A stretch of DNA of 64,000 bases from positions 199,687-263,686 of the IMG/VR virus record IMGVR_UViG_3300021387_001774. One strand, given 5' to 3'. Shown here piece after piece: positions 48,413-58,514 of this stretch. The DNA is from a virus. Lineage: Duplodnaviria > Caudoviricetes. Below the pieces are notes generated by a model. That model worked only from the letters and a program-made list of their open reading frames with translations, searched no databases and had not been told where the DNA came from. The first letter of the stretch is position 1. Each line of letters begins with the position of its first letter. Made by a program: the position numbers and the translations under genes.

Positions 48413-50851
48413 ATGGCATTAAAGAACCATTTGACTACAAAAAATACAAAAGATAACCATCACGAACTAACAGCCTTTTTCTATATAAAAGGTTCTAAAG
48501 ATTATCCAGTAGGACAATCTATTTCTGAACCTTTTGGATATGATGTAAAAGAAACTGATGGTGAATCTTCGATTAATAGTGAAAGACCTATTTTCGGTTC
48601 TTCAATCAGGGATCTTTATATAAACTATCCTGATTTACTAGAAGTCACAAATAATTATAGTGGTTATGAAGATACAGATAACTTAATTAGAAGTAATCAA
48701 ACTATTTCACTTAATGGTACTAGACCAAGATTGGATAGAGATGAAGAATACATTAGTACTCTTCTTATTAAGAATGCATCTTCTGATGAAGCATATAAAA
48801 CAATTTATCCCAACTATGAAGCTAGTTCTAAAGAAGAACTTATTGAAAATCTTAATGGTGAAACAACTAAAGTAGATTATTTGATTAATCCTTCTGCTAA
48901 AAAGTTTAATTATCGTACTTGTGTATTCTGGCAGAAGATTTTTACATTACTTGAATATATCAAGAAATATGAATCTCACATTTATGCTGATGAACAGGGT
49001 AATATTCCTATGCCTGGATTCTTTGATGATAATAGTACTTATTGGTACAGAAATCCTCAACAGGCTATTAACAAGGTATCTTCATTACCTACATTAGCAA
49101 AATATATTGCACTATTTATTCCGCATGTTATGCCAAGTAATAGTGCTACACAAAATATTGCTGATCTTGTACCTAAGAGACATCTTTTTAATCCTGTACG
49201 TACACGTATTATTGCTGGTGATGGAGAAGAAATTTCTACATATAAACTAGACGATAATTATAAATACGGAGAAGATGAGAACTTTAAAAAAGAATTTTCT
49301 ACAGATGTTTATCTTGATCAATTGTGGAATAAACTAGACGCCAATGCTAATGATGATGGTAAAGAAATGATGTTTGATGGTCTTGATATTCGTATTACGG
49401 ACCTTTATAATATTTCTTGTTCATTCTCAGAGCATACTGGTCGTCTTACAAAGATTAGATTTGAATTAGGTTATAAACATCTTACTGACGTTGAAGGTCA
49501 GAACTTTACAGAAGAAGAAGATAATTATGAAACCTGGGCATTCAATATTTATTTTGATCCAGATGCTTTCATAGATAGTGATACAACTACTGAACAATTC
49601 CCAGTATGGACATATAATGATCTTGACTTCGATAATGAATTTAGAGGTCAAGAATATCAGTATGACTATACAAATCCTCTGTTCAATAAGTTTGATAATG
49701 ACTATGCAAACATTCTTGTTCCTAATACAGAACCAGATGGAACACCAATATTGAATTCTATTCATGGTAAGTTTGTTGCTACAGCAGCTGAAATTGAATC
49801 TCAGATGTTGAAAGCTGTTCTTGATAAAACAAAGTCTGGTGGATATACTAACTATACAATTTATCCAGTTAAACGTATTTCTCCGTATATTGGAGACGAT
49901 GGTGAGGTTGTATGGGATCCTTCTAACGCTATCGATCAGAAGTTCTATATCTTCTATAAGAACGTTCCTCCAACATCAGAACAGTGTAATACAGCTGTAT
50001 ACAATTATCTTCTTACCTTACATAGTGATACAAATAATTGTCATGGTGAACACAGAAATCCTGATACAAATAAAGTAGAGTTTATTGGTCACGATCCAGA
50101 AAATATTGCTGAGACAATTAACTTCTTAGCAAATATGTATCCTACATTGTTTGAAGCTACAGAGATTTATATTATCCCTGCAGATAAAAAACATTGTTCA
50201 AATGGTAATAATGTAGATTTGGCAGATTATAGTGATCCTCAAACATACTTTAGCGGAACTACACCAAAACGTATTAGAGAATCTATTGTAAATACAAAGA
50301 AAGAATTTGAACAATTCTCATTTACACAGACTGGTGAACCACAGAATTCTAGTTCTACTACTCTTAAATATTATCCAGTTGAAGTATTTAAGATTGGTTC
50401 TATTGAAGGTTCAGATAATGGTTCTACATCATTTAAGTTTGACTTCCCTTGGTATGCTGTAAATAAGGGTGGTAACTTAGCTGATAATTGTCTTACTACG
50501 CTCGAAGGTTTCCACGATTATAAACAAAAGATGTTTGCTAATAGTCAAGATCCTACAAGTATGGCAGATATATTCCAGATCATTATGATTCTTCTTACTA
50601 GAAATATGTTTACTGGTCCAAGTAGTATTAATATGCATGATCCTATGAAATCGCGTTATGGTAATATTCTTGGTATTCCTATTACGTATAGTATAGATAA
50701 TGAAAAGGATACAACTGTTTCTGATAAGTATTATAATAAAGCAACATTTGTTATTAATGCTGTTAAGTTTATAGTATATGCTCAGAATGGTAAAGACTTT
50801 GGTTCAACTACTGGACGTTCTATTAATATTACTAGTATAGGAAGTATTTAA
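48413..50851 (+). CDS. large late (virion structural) protein
   Basis: 812 aa; late promoter at 48373. Confidence 0.75.
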   Translation: MALKNHLTTKNTKDNHHELTAFFYIKGSKDYPVGQSISEPFGYDVKETDGESSINSERPIFGSSIRDLYINYPDLLEVTNNYSGYEDTDNLIRSNQTISLNGTRPRLDRDEEYISTLLIKNASSDEAYKTIYPNYEASSKEELIENLNGETTKVDYLINPSAKKFNYRTCVFWQKIFTLLEYIKKYESHIYADEQGNIPMPGFFDDNSTYWYRNPQQAINKVSSLPTLAKYIALFIPHVMPSNSATQNIADLVPKRHLFNPVRTRIIAGDGEEISTYKLDDNYKYGEDENFKKEFSTDVYLDQLWNKLDANANDDGKEMMFDGLDIRITDLYNISCSFSEHTGRLTKIRFELGYKHLTDVEGQNFTEEEDNYETWAFNIYFDPDAFIDSDTTTEQFPVWTYNDLDFDNEFRGQEYQYDYTNPLFNKFDNDYANILVPNTEPDGTPILNSIHGKFVATAAEIESQMLKAVLDKTKSGGYTNYTIYPVKRISPYIGDDGEVVWDPSNAIDQKFYIFYKNVPPTSEQCNTAVYNYLLTLHSDTNNCHGEHRNPDTNKVEFIGHDPENIAETINFLANMYPTLFEATEIYIIPADKKHCSNGNNVDLADYSDPQTYFSGTTPKRIRESIVNTKKEFEQFSFTQTGEPQNSSSTTLKYYPVEVFKIGSIEGSDNGSTSFKFDFPWYAVNKGGNLADNCLTTLEGFHDYKQKMFANSQDPTSMADIFQIIMILLTRNMFTGPSSINMHDPMKSRYGNILGIPITYSIDNEKDTTVSDKYYNKATFVINAVKFIVYAQNGKDFGSTTGRSINITSIGSI

Positions 50852-50865
50852 TAGAGGTGTAATAT

Positions 50866-51660
50866 ATGATAAAGAATATAGAATATTCTAAACCATACAA
50901 ATTACAACTGTTACCATTATATGGTGCAAAAGATTATAATTGTTTTGTTATAGGTGAAACAAATATTGATAATGTTGCAAACAACCAAGATCAATATAAC
51001 ATTTATGAAACTTATTTCGCTCCTTTAGGATATGGATTAGGCTCATATTATGCAGCTATAACAGAAAAAACAAAAATTTTTATTTGTAATGAAATAACTT
51101 CATTTGAACCATTAACTGTTGAAAGAGATAAGAAAATATTTATTCCCGAATCTCTAATCAATAAAAATGAATCATATGAATATGTAGAATGTGGAAATAT
51201 TTCTTTTACTATTTATCCTGTTATCAAGTTATTTGATTCTATAGATAGTCAAGAAAAGTTTCTAAATGAACTTAAAAATAAAATGCGAAAGAAGCTTGGA
51301 GAGCTTATTGAATTTAGTATTCTTAGTAATGAAATCGAATCATATGTAGAACCAATGTATCTTACTCGTGAAGAAATCACGGATATAGAAAATAGACGTT
51401 CTGCTATGTATAAGAAACATATTGACACTCAAGAATCACTAATTAAGTTTAAGGATGTCAAAGATCATCAATATAATGAATTGATATCTAAACTTAAACA
51501 CAGTATAGATGATAATATTCGTAAGAGCGATGATCTTGCTACAACGAAACTTAATCTAGAACGTGTTATTCAAGAATATGAAGCTATCATAAGAGATCTA
51601 ACTAATCAACAGCTTAGATCCCCAGCTCCTAAACCTGCAGAACCTGAAGAAGGTGAATAA
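50866..51660 (+). CDS. late protein with C-terminal coiled coil
   Basis: GAGGTG RBS; same operon. Confidence 0.75.
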   Translation: MIKNIEYSKPYKLQLLPLYGAKDYNCFVIGETNIDNVANNQDQYNIYETYFAPLGYGLGSYYAAITEKTKIFICNEITSFEPLTVERDKKIFIPESLINKNESYEYVECGNISFTIYPVIKLFDSIDSQEKFLNELKNKMRKKLGELIEFSILSNEIESYVEPMYLTREEITDIENRRSAMYKKHIDTQESLIKFKDVKDHQYNELISKLKHSIDDNIRKSDDLATTKLNLERVIQEYEAIIRDLTNQQLRSPAPKPAEPEEGE

Positions 51661-51745
51661 TAACTAAACAGAGGGTAGAAATACCCTCTGTTTAATATAT
51701 TAAAATACTAAGAATATAACCATATACTTATTTAAGGAGATAAGA

Positions 51746-53605
51746 ATGTCTGAAAATATTGAAGAAAAGAAAGAAACTACAGACGTTACTGTTATTGAAC
51801 TTCCTGTTCCAGAAACAGAAAAGGATTCCTCTGTAGAAGAAGTTGATAAAACTATTAATGAAGCTACAGCTAAAGAAACTTTTGACATTAAACCTACTCT
51901 ATCTGCAGATTCAGAGCAAGTAAAGAAAGTAACAGAAGAGCAAAAAGAATATTTGTTAAAGAGAGCCAAAGAAGCAAATATTGATGTAGACAAGTTGGAG
52001 TATGAAGAAGATGGTGTTACTCCTAAAGTTACAGATGAAATGCTCGAACTCTTTGCTATTTATTCTAATGGTATTTTTGATAAAGAGTTCTTCCAGATTT
52101 ATATAGATCAAGCTAAATCTATTATCGATCAGTATAAAGACTTCAAGTCTATGGTTGATAGAGGTCTTACTGATGAAGACGATATGGAATACTATTCCGG
52201 TTTGGCAAAGGGATATGAAGAAGCTCGTCTTATCATTGGTCTTGTACAGACTGAATACACTAAGATGTGTAAAGATTTCGAAGAGAATAAAATCTTTGAA
52301 AATCAGTCTAAAGCTATTACTCTTTCTCTTCTGAGAGATTATTTCGTTAATGAATTTAGACTAGTAGATTCATGGTTGCATCCAATCCATATAGATCCAA
52401 GTCCAAAAGAACTTGCTGAATTCGATAGAACTAAAGAACTGGAAGATAGTATTAGAAAGAGAATGTTTGTTGCACCTATATTTAAAGAGTATGCTCATAA
52501 AATGCTTATTAGGTGTAAAGCTGATAATTCTTTGAATTCTTTTGAAAAGAAGTTCACCGATTCAAACTTTGAATCACTTATTTATGGTTTGAATTCATAT
52601 ATTAAGAATAGTGGTGAGACTCATGATATTGATCTTAAGACAATCATTACTAGAGATATGAATAATATGAACTTCGTTAAAGCAATTTTAACTACGATGT
52701 TCATTTATAATAACGATGAATTTATTAAGGATATCAATGTAAGTGAAGAATCTTTGAATACTCTTAAGAAGAAGATGAATCCAAACGATGTCTATACAAA
52801 GACTGAAGAGAATATTTTCACTGAGTTATATAAGAACTTCTCTACAATTAAGCAATACTTTACTGATAAAACATTTATTACGAGGTTATTTATTATCGTA
52901 AGTAAAAATGTTACTTCAGATAAGATCTTTAAGATTGTCGGTATTGATCTTAATGAATCATATGAAAAGTTTATTATTAAGTTCTCAGAAAAACTTCCAG
53001 ATATTACTGGTACAAGTATTATAAGATGGGGTCAGTATTATTCATATCTTAAAAAGTATGAATTCTATCATTCTGTAAAACTCCTTAAAGAATATATTGA
53101 AGGAGAAGAAAAGAATGAAAAGACTGGAGAAACGTTACTTATTGATTGTATTAGTACCTATCTTGTAGAGTATCTTAATATGATTTATGGTAAGTTGCTT
53201 TCTGATCTCGATATATTTGTAAAAGAAAACGTATATTCTGCACCAATGAGACAGACTATGTTTGCCATGCTTACAAACAATATTCTTATGCAACATGAAC
53301 TTGGTTTCAAGTGTGATTTCAATCCTGAAACTGAATCATCTGGAGATGGTTTGTATGAACTTGCTCAGAAAGTATTTGGTGAACAGTATAAGTTTATCAT
53401 TGTTGATAAAGAAAAGGATATTCTTCTTAAAGAAGTAAATCTTACAGAAACAAGAAAACATTATTTCGAAGCAGTTAACGAACTTATGGAGTTGATGTTA
53501 TTCAGTTGTGACTGTTTGATGAAAGGTGATTACGATAATGGTTGTGAAAAGACGTTTAGTAATACTAAAACTAAGAAAAATAAAAAGAAACACAATCGTA
53601 AGTAA
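51746..53605 (+). CDS. hypothetical protein, acidic N-terminus and basic C-terminal tail
   Basis: AAGGAG RBS; 619 aa. Confidence 0.8.
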   Translation: MSENIEEKKETTDVTVIELPVPETEKDSSVEEVDKTINEATAKETFDIKPTLSADSEQVKKVTEEQKEYLLKRAKEANIDVDKLEYEEDGVTPKVTDEMLELFAIYSNGIFDKEFFQIYIDQAKSIIDQYKDFKSMVDRGLTDEDDMEYYSGLAKGYEEARLIIGLVQTEYTKMCKDFEENKIFENQSKAITLSLLRDYFVNEFRLVDSWLHPIHIDPSPKELAEFDRTKELEDSIRKRMFVAPIFKEYAHKMLIRCKADNSLNSFEKKFTDSNFESLIYGLNSYIKNSGETHDIDLKTIITRDMNNMNFVKAILTTMFIYNNDEFIKDINVSEESLNTLKKKMNPNDVYTKTEENIFTELYKNFSTIKQYFTDKTFITRLFIIVSKNVTSDKIFKIVGIDLNESYEKFIIKFSEKLPDITGTSIIRWGQYYSYLKKYEFYHSVKLLKEYIEGEEKNEKTGETLLIDCISTYLVEYLNMIYGKLLSDLDIFVKENVYSAPMRQTMFAMLTNNILMQHELGFKCDFNPETESSGDGLYELAQKVFGEQYKFIIVDKEKDILLKEVNLTETRKHYFEAVNELMELMLFSCDCLMKGDYDNGCEKTFSNTKTKKNKKKHNRK

Positions 53606-53687
53606 ATTATAATTTTTATTAATTATATATTATATTAATGGCTAAGACAATTTGTTTTAGCCATATTAAACCATCAGGAGGCCAATC

Positions 53688-54947
53688 ATGGCAAAGAAAG
53701 AGGTTGCAGAAGCTAAGGCAGCGGAAACATCTGCAAAAAAGGAAAAGGGACCTTCAGCATTCGTTAAATTCGATATGAATCGTCCTAAAACGATCAACGT
53801 CACAAAGGATCGCTTTGTGACAACTGTCTTGTACAAAGAGCTCAACATCATGTTCGAAGCTCAGGTCAAGACAATTGATCTGGCGGGCACAAAGGATGCG
53901 ATCATTAAATCAGTGAATCGTATCATTAAGCTCATGAGGTGTGAAGGAGTACAAAGGTACTATTCAACCGATGAGCTCAAAGCCGACAAGCCTAATTACA
54001 TCATGTCGGTCTTGGTACCATATTTTGGAAGACAAGAATTGGTAATCAAGAACATCATGAATATGCTTAAACAGCTATCTGATGAGGGCGACGTATTATG
54101 TAAAGGTTTCATCAAAAATGTTGCTCTGATCAGTGTAGACACAACTAAAGAGCAGAAAAATGTGTTCATCAAGGGATTTGTTTCCGCATCCCACGAAACG
54201 ATCACTAAGAAAAGGTTTATCGATGGTAATCCTAAGATTAGTAAGATCGAAAAGAACAACATTCGGGGTCAGACATTCCTCTCTAATTCAGTTTGGAATT
54301 CGGACGAATCCTATAAGGATATTGGGAACTATAACAGGTTCTCTATGATCCTTAACAGAATTTCCATCTATGATCCATACGATGGAAAGGTGTTCACAAA
54401 TTCTGTTCCTTTCAAGAAGTCTTTTAAGACTATCGCATATCAGATCGTTAATAACGAATCTGATAATACGTATAAATTGATTAGGAACGAATGTACGATT
54501 TCTCTCTGTCTTAAAGATAGGGAAGATAGTACAAGTGAACGCGTGAAAAAAGATGCGATTGGTGTTTATGTTGAAAACAACGAGACATCTATGAACATCA
54601 ATGATTTCAGGGATATCTTCTATCAGGACAAGAAATTCTTGTTGACAAACAATGAATATCTTAGAATCGATGAGACCGCTGTTGAAATCGATATGTTTAA
54701 GAACGATATGGATTTCATCAACGAAGACATCTTTAAGAGTCTTGAGAAAGAAGATGTTGCTGTAGAAGAAAAACCAAAGACTAAGAAGAAAGAAACAAAA
54801 AAGAAGATGGAGAAGAAAACTGAGGAACCAACATTCAATGAAGTGGGTTCCCTTGCAGATATCGAGGATGTCAATATCGATATTGATAATCAGGTATTAG
54901 CAAGTGATGATCAGACTGAACAGGAACAGCCTGAAACATCAGAATAA
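53688..54947 (+). CDS. hypothetical early protein with K/E-rich and acidic tail
   Basis: AGGAGG RBS; early promoter at 53621; C-ending codons. Confidence 0.85.
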   Translation: MAKKEVAEAKAAETSAKKEKGPSAFVKFDMNRPKTINVTKDRFVTTVLYKELNIMFEAQVKTIDLAGTKDAIIKSVNRIIKLMRCEGVQRYYSTDELKADKPNYIMSVLVPYFGRQELVIKNIMNMLKQLSDEGDVLCKGFIKNVALISVDTTKEQKNVFIKGFVSASHETITKKRFIDGNPKISKIEKNNIRGQTFLSNSVWNSDESYKDIGNYNRFSMILNRISIYDPYDGKVFTNSVPFKKSFKTIAYQIVNNESDNTYKLIRNECTISLCLKDREDSTSERVKKDAIGVYVENNETSMNINDFRDIFYQDKKFLLTNNEYLRIDETAVEIDMFKNDMDFINEDIFKSLEKEDVAVEEKPKTKKKETKKKMEKKTEEPTFNEVGSLADIEDVNIDIDNQVLASDDQTEQEQPETSE

Positions 54948-55077
54948 CTAACTGATGGTTAAAACATGGAGAGGGGGTAAAACCTCTCTCTATGTTTTTT
55001 TTTTATTTTTTTTTTCTATTAGAGAAAGTTTTATTTATATATTATATAAATGATACAATACATATAGGAGGAAAAAT

Positions 55078-56256
55078 ATGAAGTTGTATGATAATGTTAA
55101 GATCAATGTAGCCATGATACCTACATTGAAAAAGAAGGTTTCAAAGTCAAAGATCGATGATACAAAAACGATCAATGACTTTGGGGTGATTAATAATCTC
55201 TTATACGGTAAGATCATTACACACTCTGGTCAGTTCCATGCGGACGAAATCATGTGTGTTGCACTGATCTTGTTAATAAGAGACACCATCAAGTTTAAGC
55301 AAACCGGTGGTGATATGATTCACTCTGATCTTTATAGGTGGAACTATGAAAAGATCAGAGATACGGTTATACGTCGTCCGCAAGGATTGAATCCAGATGA
55401 TCCAAAAGACGTCAAATTGTATAGAGACTGTTTGGTGATTGATATCGAAAATGGTCATTTCGATCATCACCATAAAAACCAGGCAGAAGCACCTCGTATT
55501 GAAAAAGGTGATTCCGAGACAGATAGAGTTGCTTCAATCGGAGTATTGTGGCAATACCTTGGTCATTTGTTTGATATCGAAAGAGATGAAACTGTCTCTA
55601 AAGATGTTCCTGATATAAATGTCTATGATAGAATGTGGGAGAATTTCTTCCTCCCTATTTCTCTACTGGACGTTTATGGACCAAACAAATTTACAAGTCC
55701 AGTCTCTCAGATAATCAGTAACATTAATGGTTATACTGAGTTTGACTTCGACTTTGTGATTCCGGAATCAATGAACCCAGATCCGGAATACATGAAGTTC
55801 ATCGAAGCTGTTCTCTTAGCATATAAGATCCTTAGAGGACAGTTGATCAAGGAACAAAATTTTATTATTGCATTATATGGAATGGGATCTAACCCTTATA
55901 TCAAGATGAACTCTGGTGATGTTCCTAATGTTACAATTGACCAGGTACCAGAGGGAACAAAAGAACCAAAAGTAAATATCGAATCACTTAAATATATTCT
56001 TATTGACGGAGCTGATAAGCCATTAGTTCTGATTAATAAGAATCCAAGTGATCGTGATGGTTCATTTAGAATGATCTGTGTGGATTCAGAGTACGCTCAT
56101 TTTGATAAAAAGCTACTTGATAAACCTGCTAAAGGACAGATCTTCTTACATCCCGCGTTGTTTATGATCACATTTGATTCTTTGGAGAATATTGATGACT
56201 TTATGAGTCATTTGAGTTTCGATGAAGAATCTCATACGATCTGTTATATGCAGTAA
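55078..56256 (+). CDS. MYG1 (UPF0160)-family DHH-like exonuclease
   Basis: ITHSGQFHADE, DIENGHFDHH, FLHPALF. Confidence 0.85.
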   Translation: MKLYDNVKINVAMIPTLKKKVSKSKIDDTKTINDFGVINNLLYGKIITHSGQFHADEIMCVALILLIRDTIKFKQTGGDMIHSDLYRWNYEKIRDTVIRRPQGLNPDDPKDVKLYRDCLVIDIENGHFDHHHKNQAEAPRIEKGDSETDRVASIGVLWQYLGHLFDIERDETVSKDVPDINVYDRMWENFFLPISLLDVYGPNKFTSPVSQIISNINGYTEFDFDFVIPESMNPDPEYMKFIEAVLLAYKILRGQLIKEQNFIIALYGMGSNPYIKMNSGDVPNVTIDQVPEGTKEPKVNIESLKYILIDGADKPLVLINKNPSDRDGSFRMICVDSEYAHFDKKLLDKPAKGQIFLHPALFMITFDSLENIDDFMSHLSFDEESHTICYMQ

Positions 56257-56391
56257 CTAATGAAAAGAAGAGGCGTTAACGCCTCTTCTTTTTTAATTAT
56301 ATATTATATTAATGAGTACATTGTACTTATTATTAATATTATTAATCGAAGTAGAGATGATACTACTATAAACATAAGGAAGAAATGAAAA

Positions 56392-56886
56392 ATGGCAGAG
56401 AAGAAAAGAGAGTACATGAAGAAATATTATGATGATCACAAAAATGATCTCAAAGATTATCATAAAAAATATCGTGAAGCTCATAAAGATAAAGTGAATG
56501 AATATAGGATGAAATCTTATAGAAAGAATAGAGATAAAGAGAAAGAAAGATTTAAAAAATATAATGAAAAGAATAATGCTAAAATTCTTGAAAGAAAAAG
56601 GGAATATCGTAAAAATAATCATGAAATAGTAATGTTGGGTAATAGAATTTGTAAATATTATTCTCGCGATTTTTACCGTTATATTTCCCTAGAAAATTAT
56701 TTAACTATAATGAAACTAGGAGATTATTCATTAAAACGTTCTATTATGATTAAGTTAGGTAAAGGAACTATACTAGAAGATGAAGCTGTAATTTTATCTG
56801 GTATGGTATGGACCGAAGAAGATCAGAAACAATTAAATGAATATTTGAAAAGAAGTAAAAATAAAAGACCTTCTTCTAAACCTTGA
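56392..56886 (+). CDS. basic K/Y-repeat protein, paralog of 38042..38479
   Basis: Shared C-terminal block, leader and terminator. Confidence 0.85.
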   Translation: MAEKKREYMKKYYDDHKNDLKDYHKKYREAHKDKVNEYRMKSYRKNRDKEKERFKKYNEKNNAKILERKREYRKNNHEIVMLGNRICKYYSRDFYRYISLENYLTIMKLGDYSLKRSIMIKLGKGTILEDEAVILSGMVWTEEDQKQLNEYLKRSKNKRPSSKP

Positions 56887-56926
56887 TTAAATAAAGGTAG
56901 GATTATATCCTACCTTTATTTTTTTT

Positions 56927-57676
56927 TTATCCTTTTCGTTGATATAGACATTGTACTGCAAATGTTGAAGAATCTTTATAATAATCTTTTTCAAACATTT
57001 CTTCTAGTTCTTGTATTTTATTTTCTGCATCTTTAAAATCATCAAGTTTAGTATCTATTTCAATACCACCAAATACTTGTGATCCACTATCGTGTTGTTT
57101 TCGGATATAGAGATAATACTTTACTAATGCAACAAAATATTGTTGAAAGTATATCTCCATATTTTTTGGTATAGTAGAAAGAGTTCTATAAGCTTTCATA
57201 GTAACATTAAAGTTTCTATGTACTTGCTGTGGTGGATTTACTATTAATAAGTTTGGTTCTCTAAACGTTATTTGATAATATGAACGGTTATGAGGGAAAT
57301 TTGATTTAGCATTTAAGAATATAGAGTTTAACATGAAGTTTCCTCCAGTTAAAACATCAGTAGTATCATTTCCACCTATTTGATAATCTTCTATATCTAT
57401 CCAAGTAAATTTTTCTCTAGAATCTAATCCAGGAATATCAAATGAATCAGGAATTCTATAAGTAGAGAAATTATATACTCTACCACTATAATCTTGATAA
57501 GGTATAGCATCTTTTTCTGTTATACGTATATCACAAAGCATCCAATACCAATTCGAGAACCTTTTCAACGCTTCATCATACAAAATTTCATTTATAAAGT
57601 CTTCTGAAACTAAAGCAAATTGTGCAGGAGACATTTCTCTTTTAAGTTTTCTAATTAATTCTGATCTAGAAATCAT
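56927..57676 (-). CDS. late protein, possibly neck/head-tail adaptor
   Basis: AGGAG RBS; late promoter at 57718; function is a guess. Confidence 0.65.
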   Translation of the reverse strand: MISRSELIRKLKREMSPAQFALVSEDFINEILYDEALKRFSNWYWMLCDIRITEKDAIPYQDYSGRVYNFSTYRIPDSFDIPGLDSREKFTWIDIEDYQIGGNDTTDVLTGGNFMLNSIFLNAKSNFPHNRSYYQITFREPNLLIVNPPQQVHRNFNVTMKAYRTLSTIPKNMEIYFQQYFVALVKYYLYIRKQHDSGSQVFGGIEIDTKLDDFKDAENKIQELEEMFEKDYYKDSSTFAVQCLYQRKG

Positions 57677-57781
57677 AAATGTTTCTCCTAAGAAATATAT
57701 AAGATATATAGAATTGTTTCGAGGTACTGTTCAAACCCCCCGATTGATTATATATTATATTAATGAAGTAACCTGTATAGG

Positions 57782-57876
57782 TGAAACATAATAATTATAA
57801 GAGGGATAATAAGAGAAATAAAACCCCACCTCAGAGAAGAGGTCTACCGAAAGGAGATATAAACACAAGGGAAGAA
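57782..57876 (+). repeat. structured leader copy E (identical to 46407..46501)
   Basis: Direct sequence identity. Confidence 0.95.
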
Positions 57877-57878
57877 CT

Positions 57879-58448
57879 ATGGAAAAATTTAGATATGACC
57901 TTGGTGGTACAGAGTTTAGCGGAAAGGCAGAGAGATGGTTTACTGCTTTGAATAAAGCGGCAAACTCAACCTGTCGTTATGAAGAATGGAACAGTGATCA
58001 GTGGGGTAGGCCTTTCGGCCACCACGCAGAACTGGTGGCAAATTCTAAAGAAGACCTTGAAAAAGGTCTTAAAATTCTGGAATCATCCGGCAGATTCGAA
58101 AGGATCCCCGGGGATCCAAGAACTTTAGCTAGGTGGATTGCACCATCTAGAGGTAAAACACCATTCGCATATAATATGCGAAAGCAAGACCTGGCGAATC
58201 AGGTTAAGAAAAAGTTGAACCTAAATGATCGGCAATGGGCCGATCTTGCAAATGGGAAACCAGTATTTATTGGGGAGCAGATACTTCTCAATCAGTCATG
58301 GTTTTATGGCTATGGCCCAGATGGTGATGGGCCACACAAATGTGTGGTGTTCATATCATCTTGGCCTACGCAAAGGTTAGTTCTACAAAGAACTGACGAA
58401 AGAGGGTTTCTGGACGACAGTGTCCAGAAACGATGGGGTATCAAGTAA
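57879..58448 (+). CDS. hypothetical early cassette protein
   Basis: GC-rich relative to the genome; between leader E and trailer copy 3. Confidence 0.85.
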   Translation: MEKFRYDLGGTEFSGKAERWFTALNKAANSTCRYEEWNSDQWGRPFGHHAELVANSKEDLEKGLKILESSGRFERIPGDPRTLARWIAPSRGKTPFAYNMRKQDLANQVKKKLNLNDRQWADLANGKPVFIGEQILLNQSWFYGYGPDGDGPHKCVVFISSWPTQRLVLQRTDERGFLDDSVQKRWGIK

Positions 58449-58458
58449 CTATTAAAAA

Positions 58459-58514
58459 ACAGTAAAACTCCATAAGGGGTTTTCTGTACCGTATTATTAC
58501 GGTTTCTTTTTTTT
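58459..58514 (+). terminator. conserved 3' double-hairpin trailer, copy 3
   Basis: ACAG-T-AAAAC-TCC-ATAA-GGG-GTTTT-CTGT + ACCGTA/TACGGT + T tract. Confidence 0.8.
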
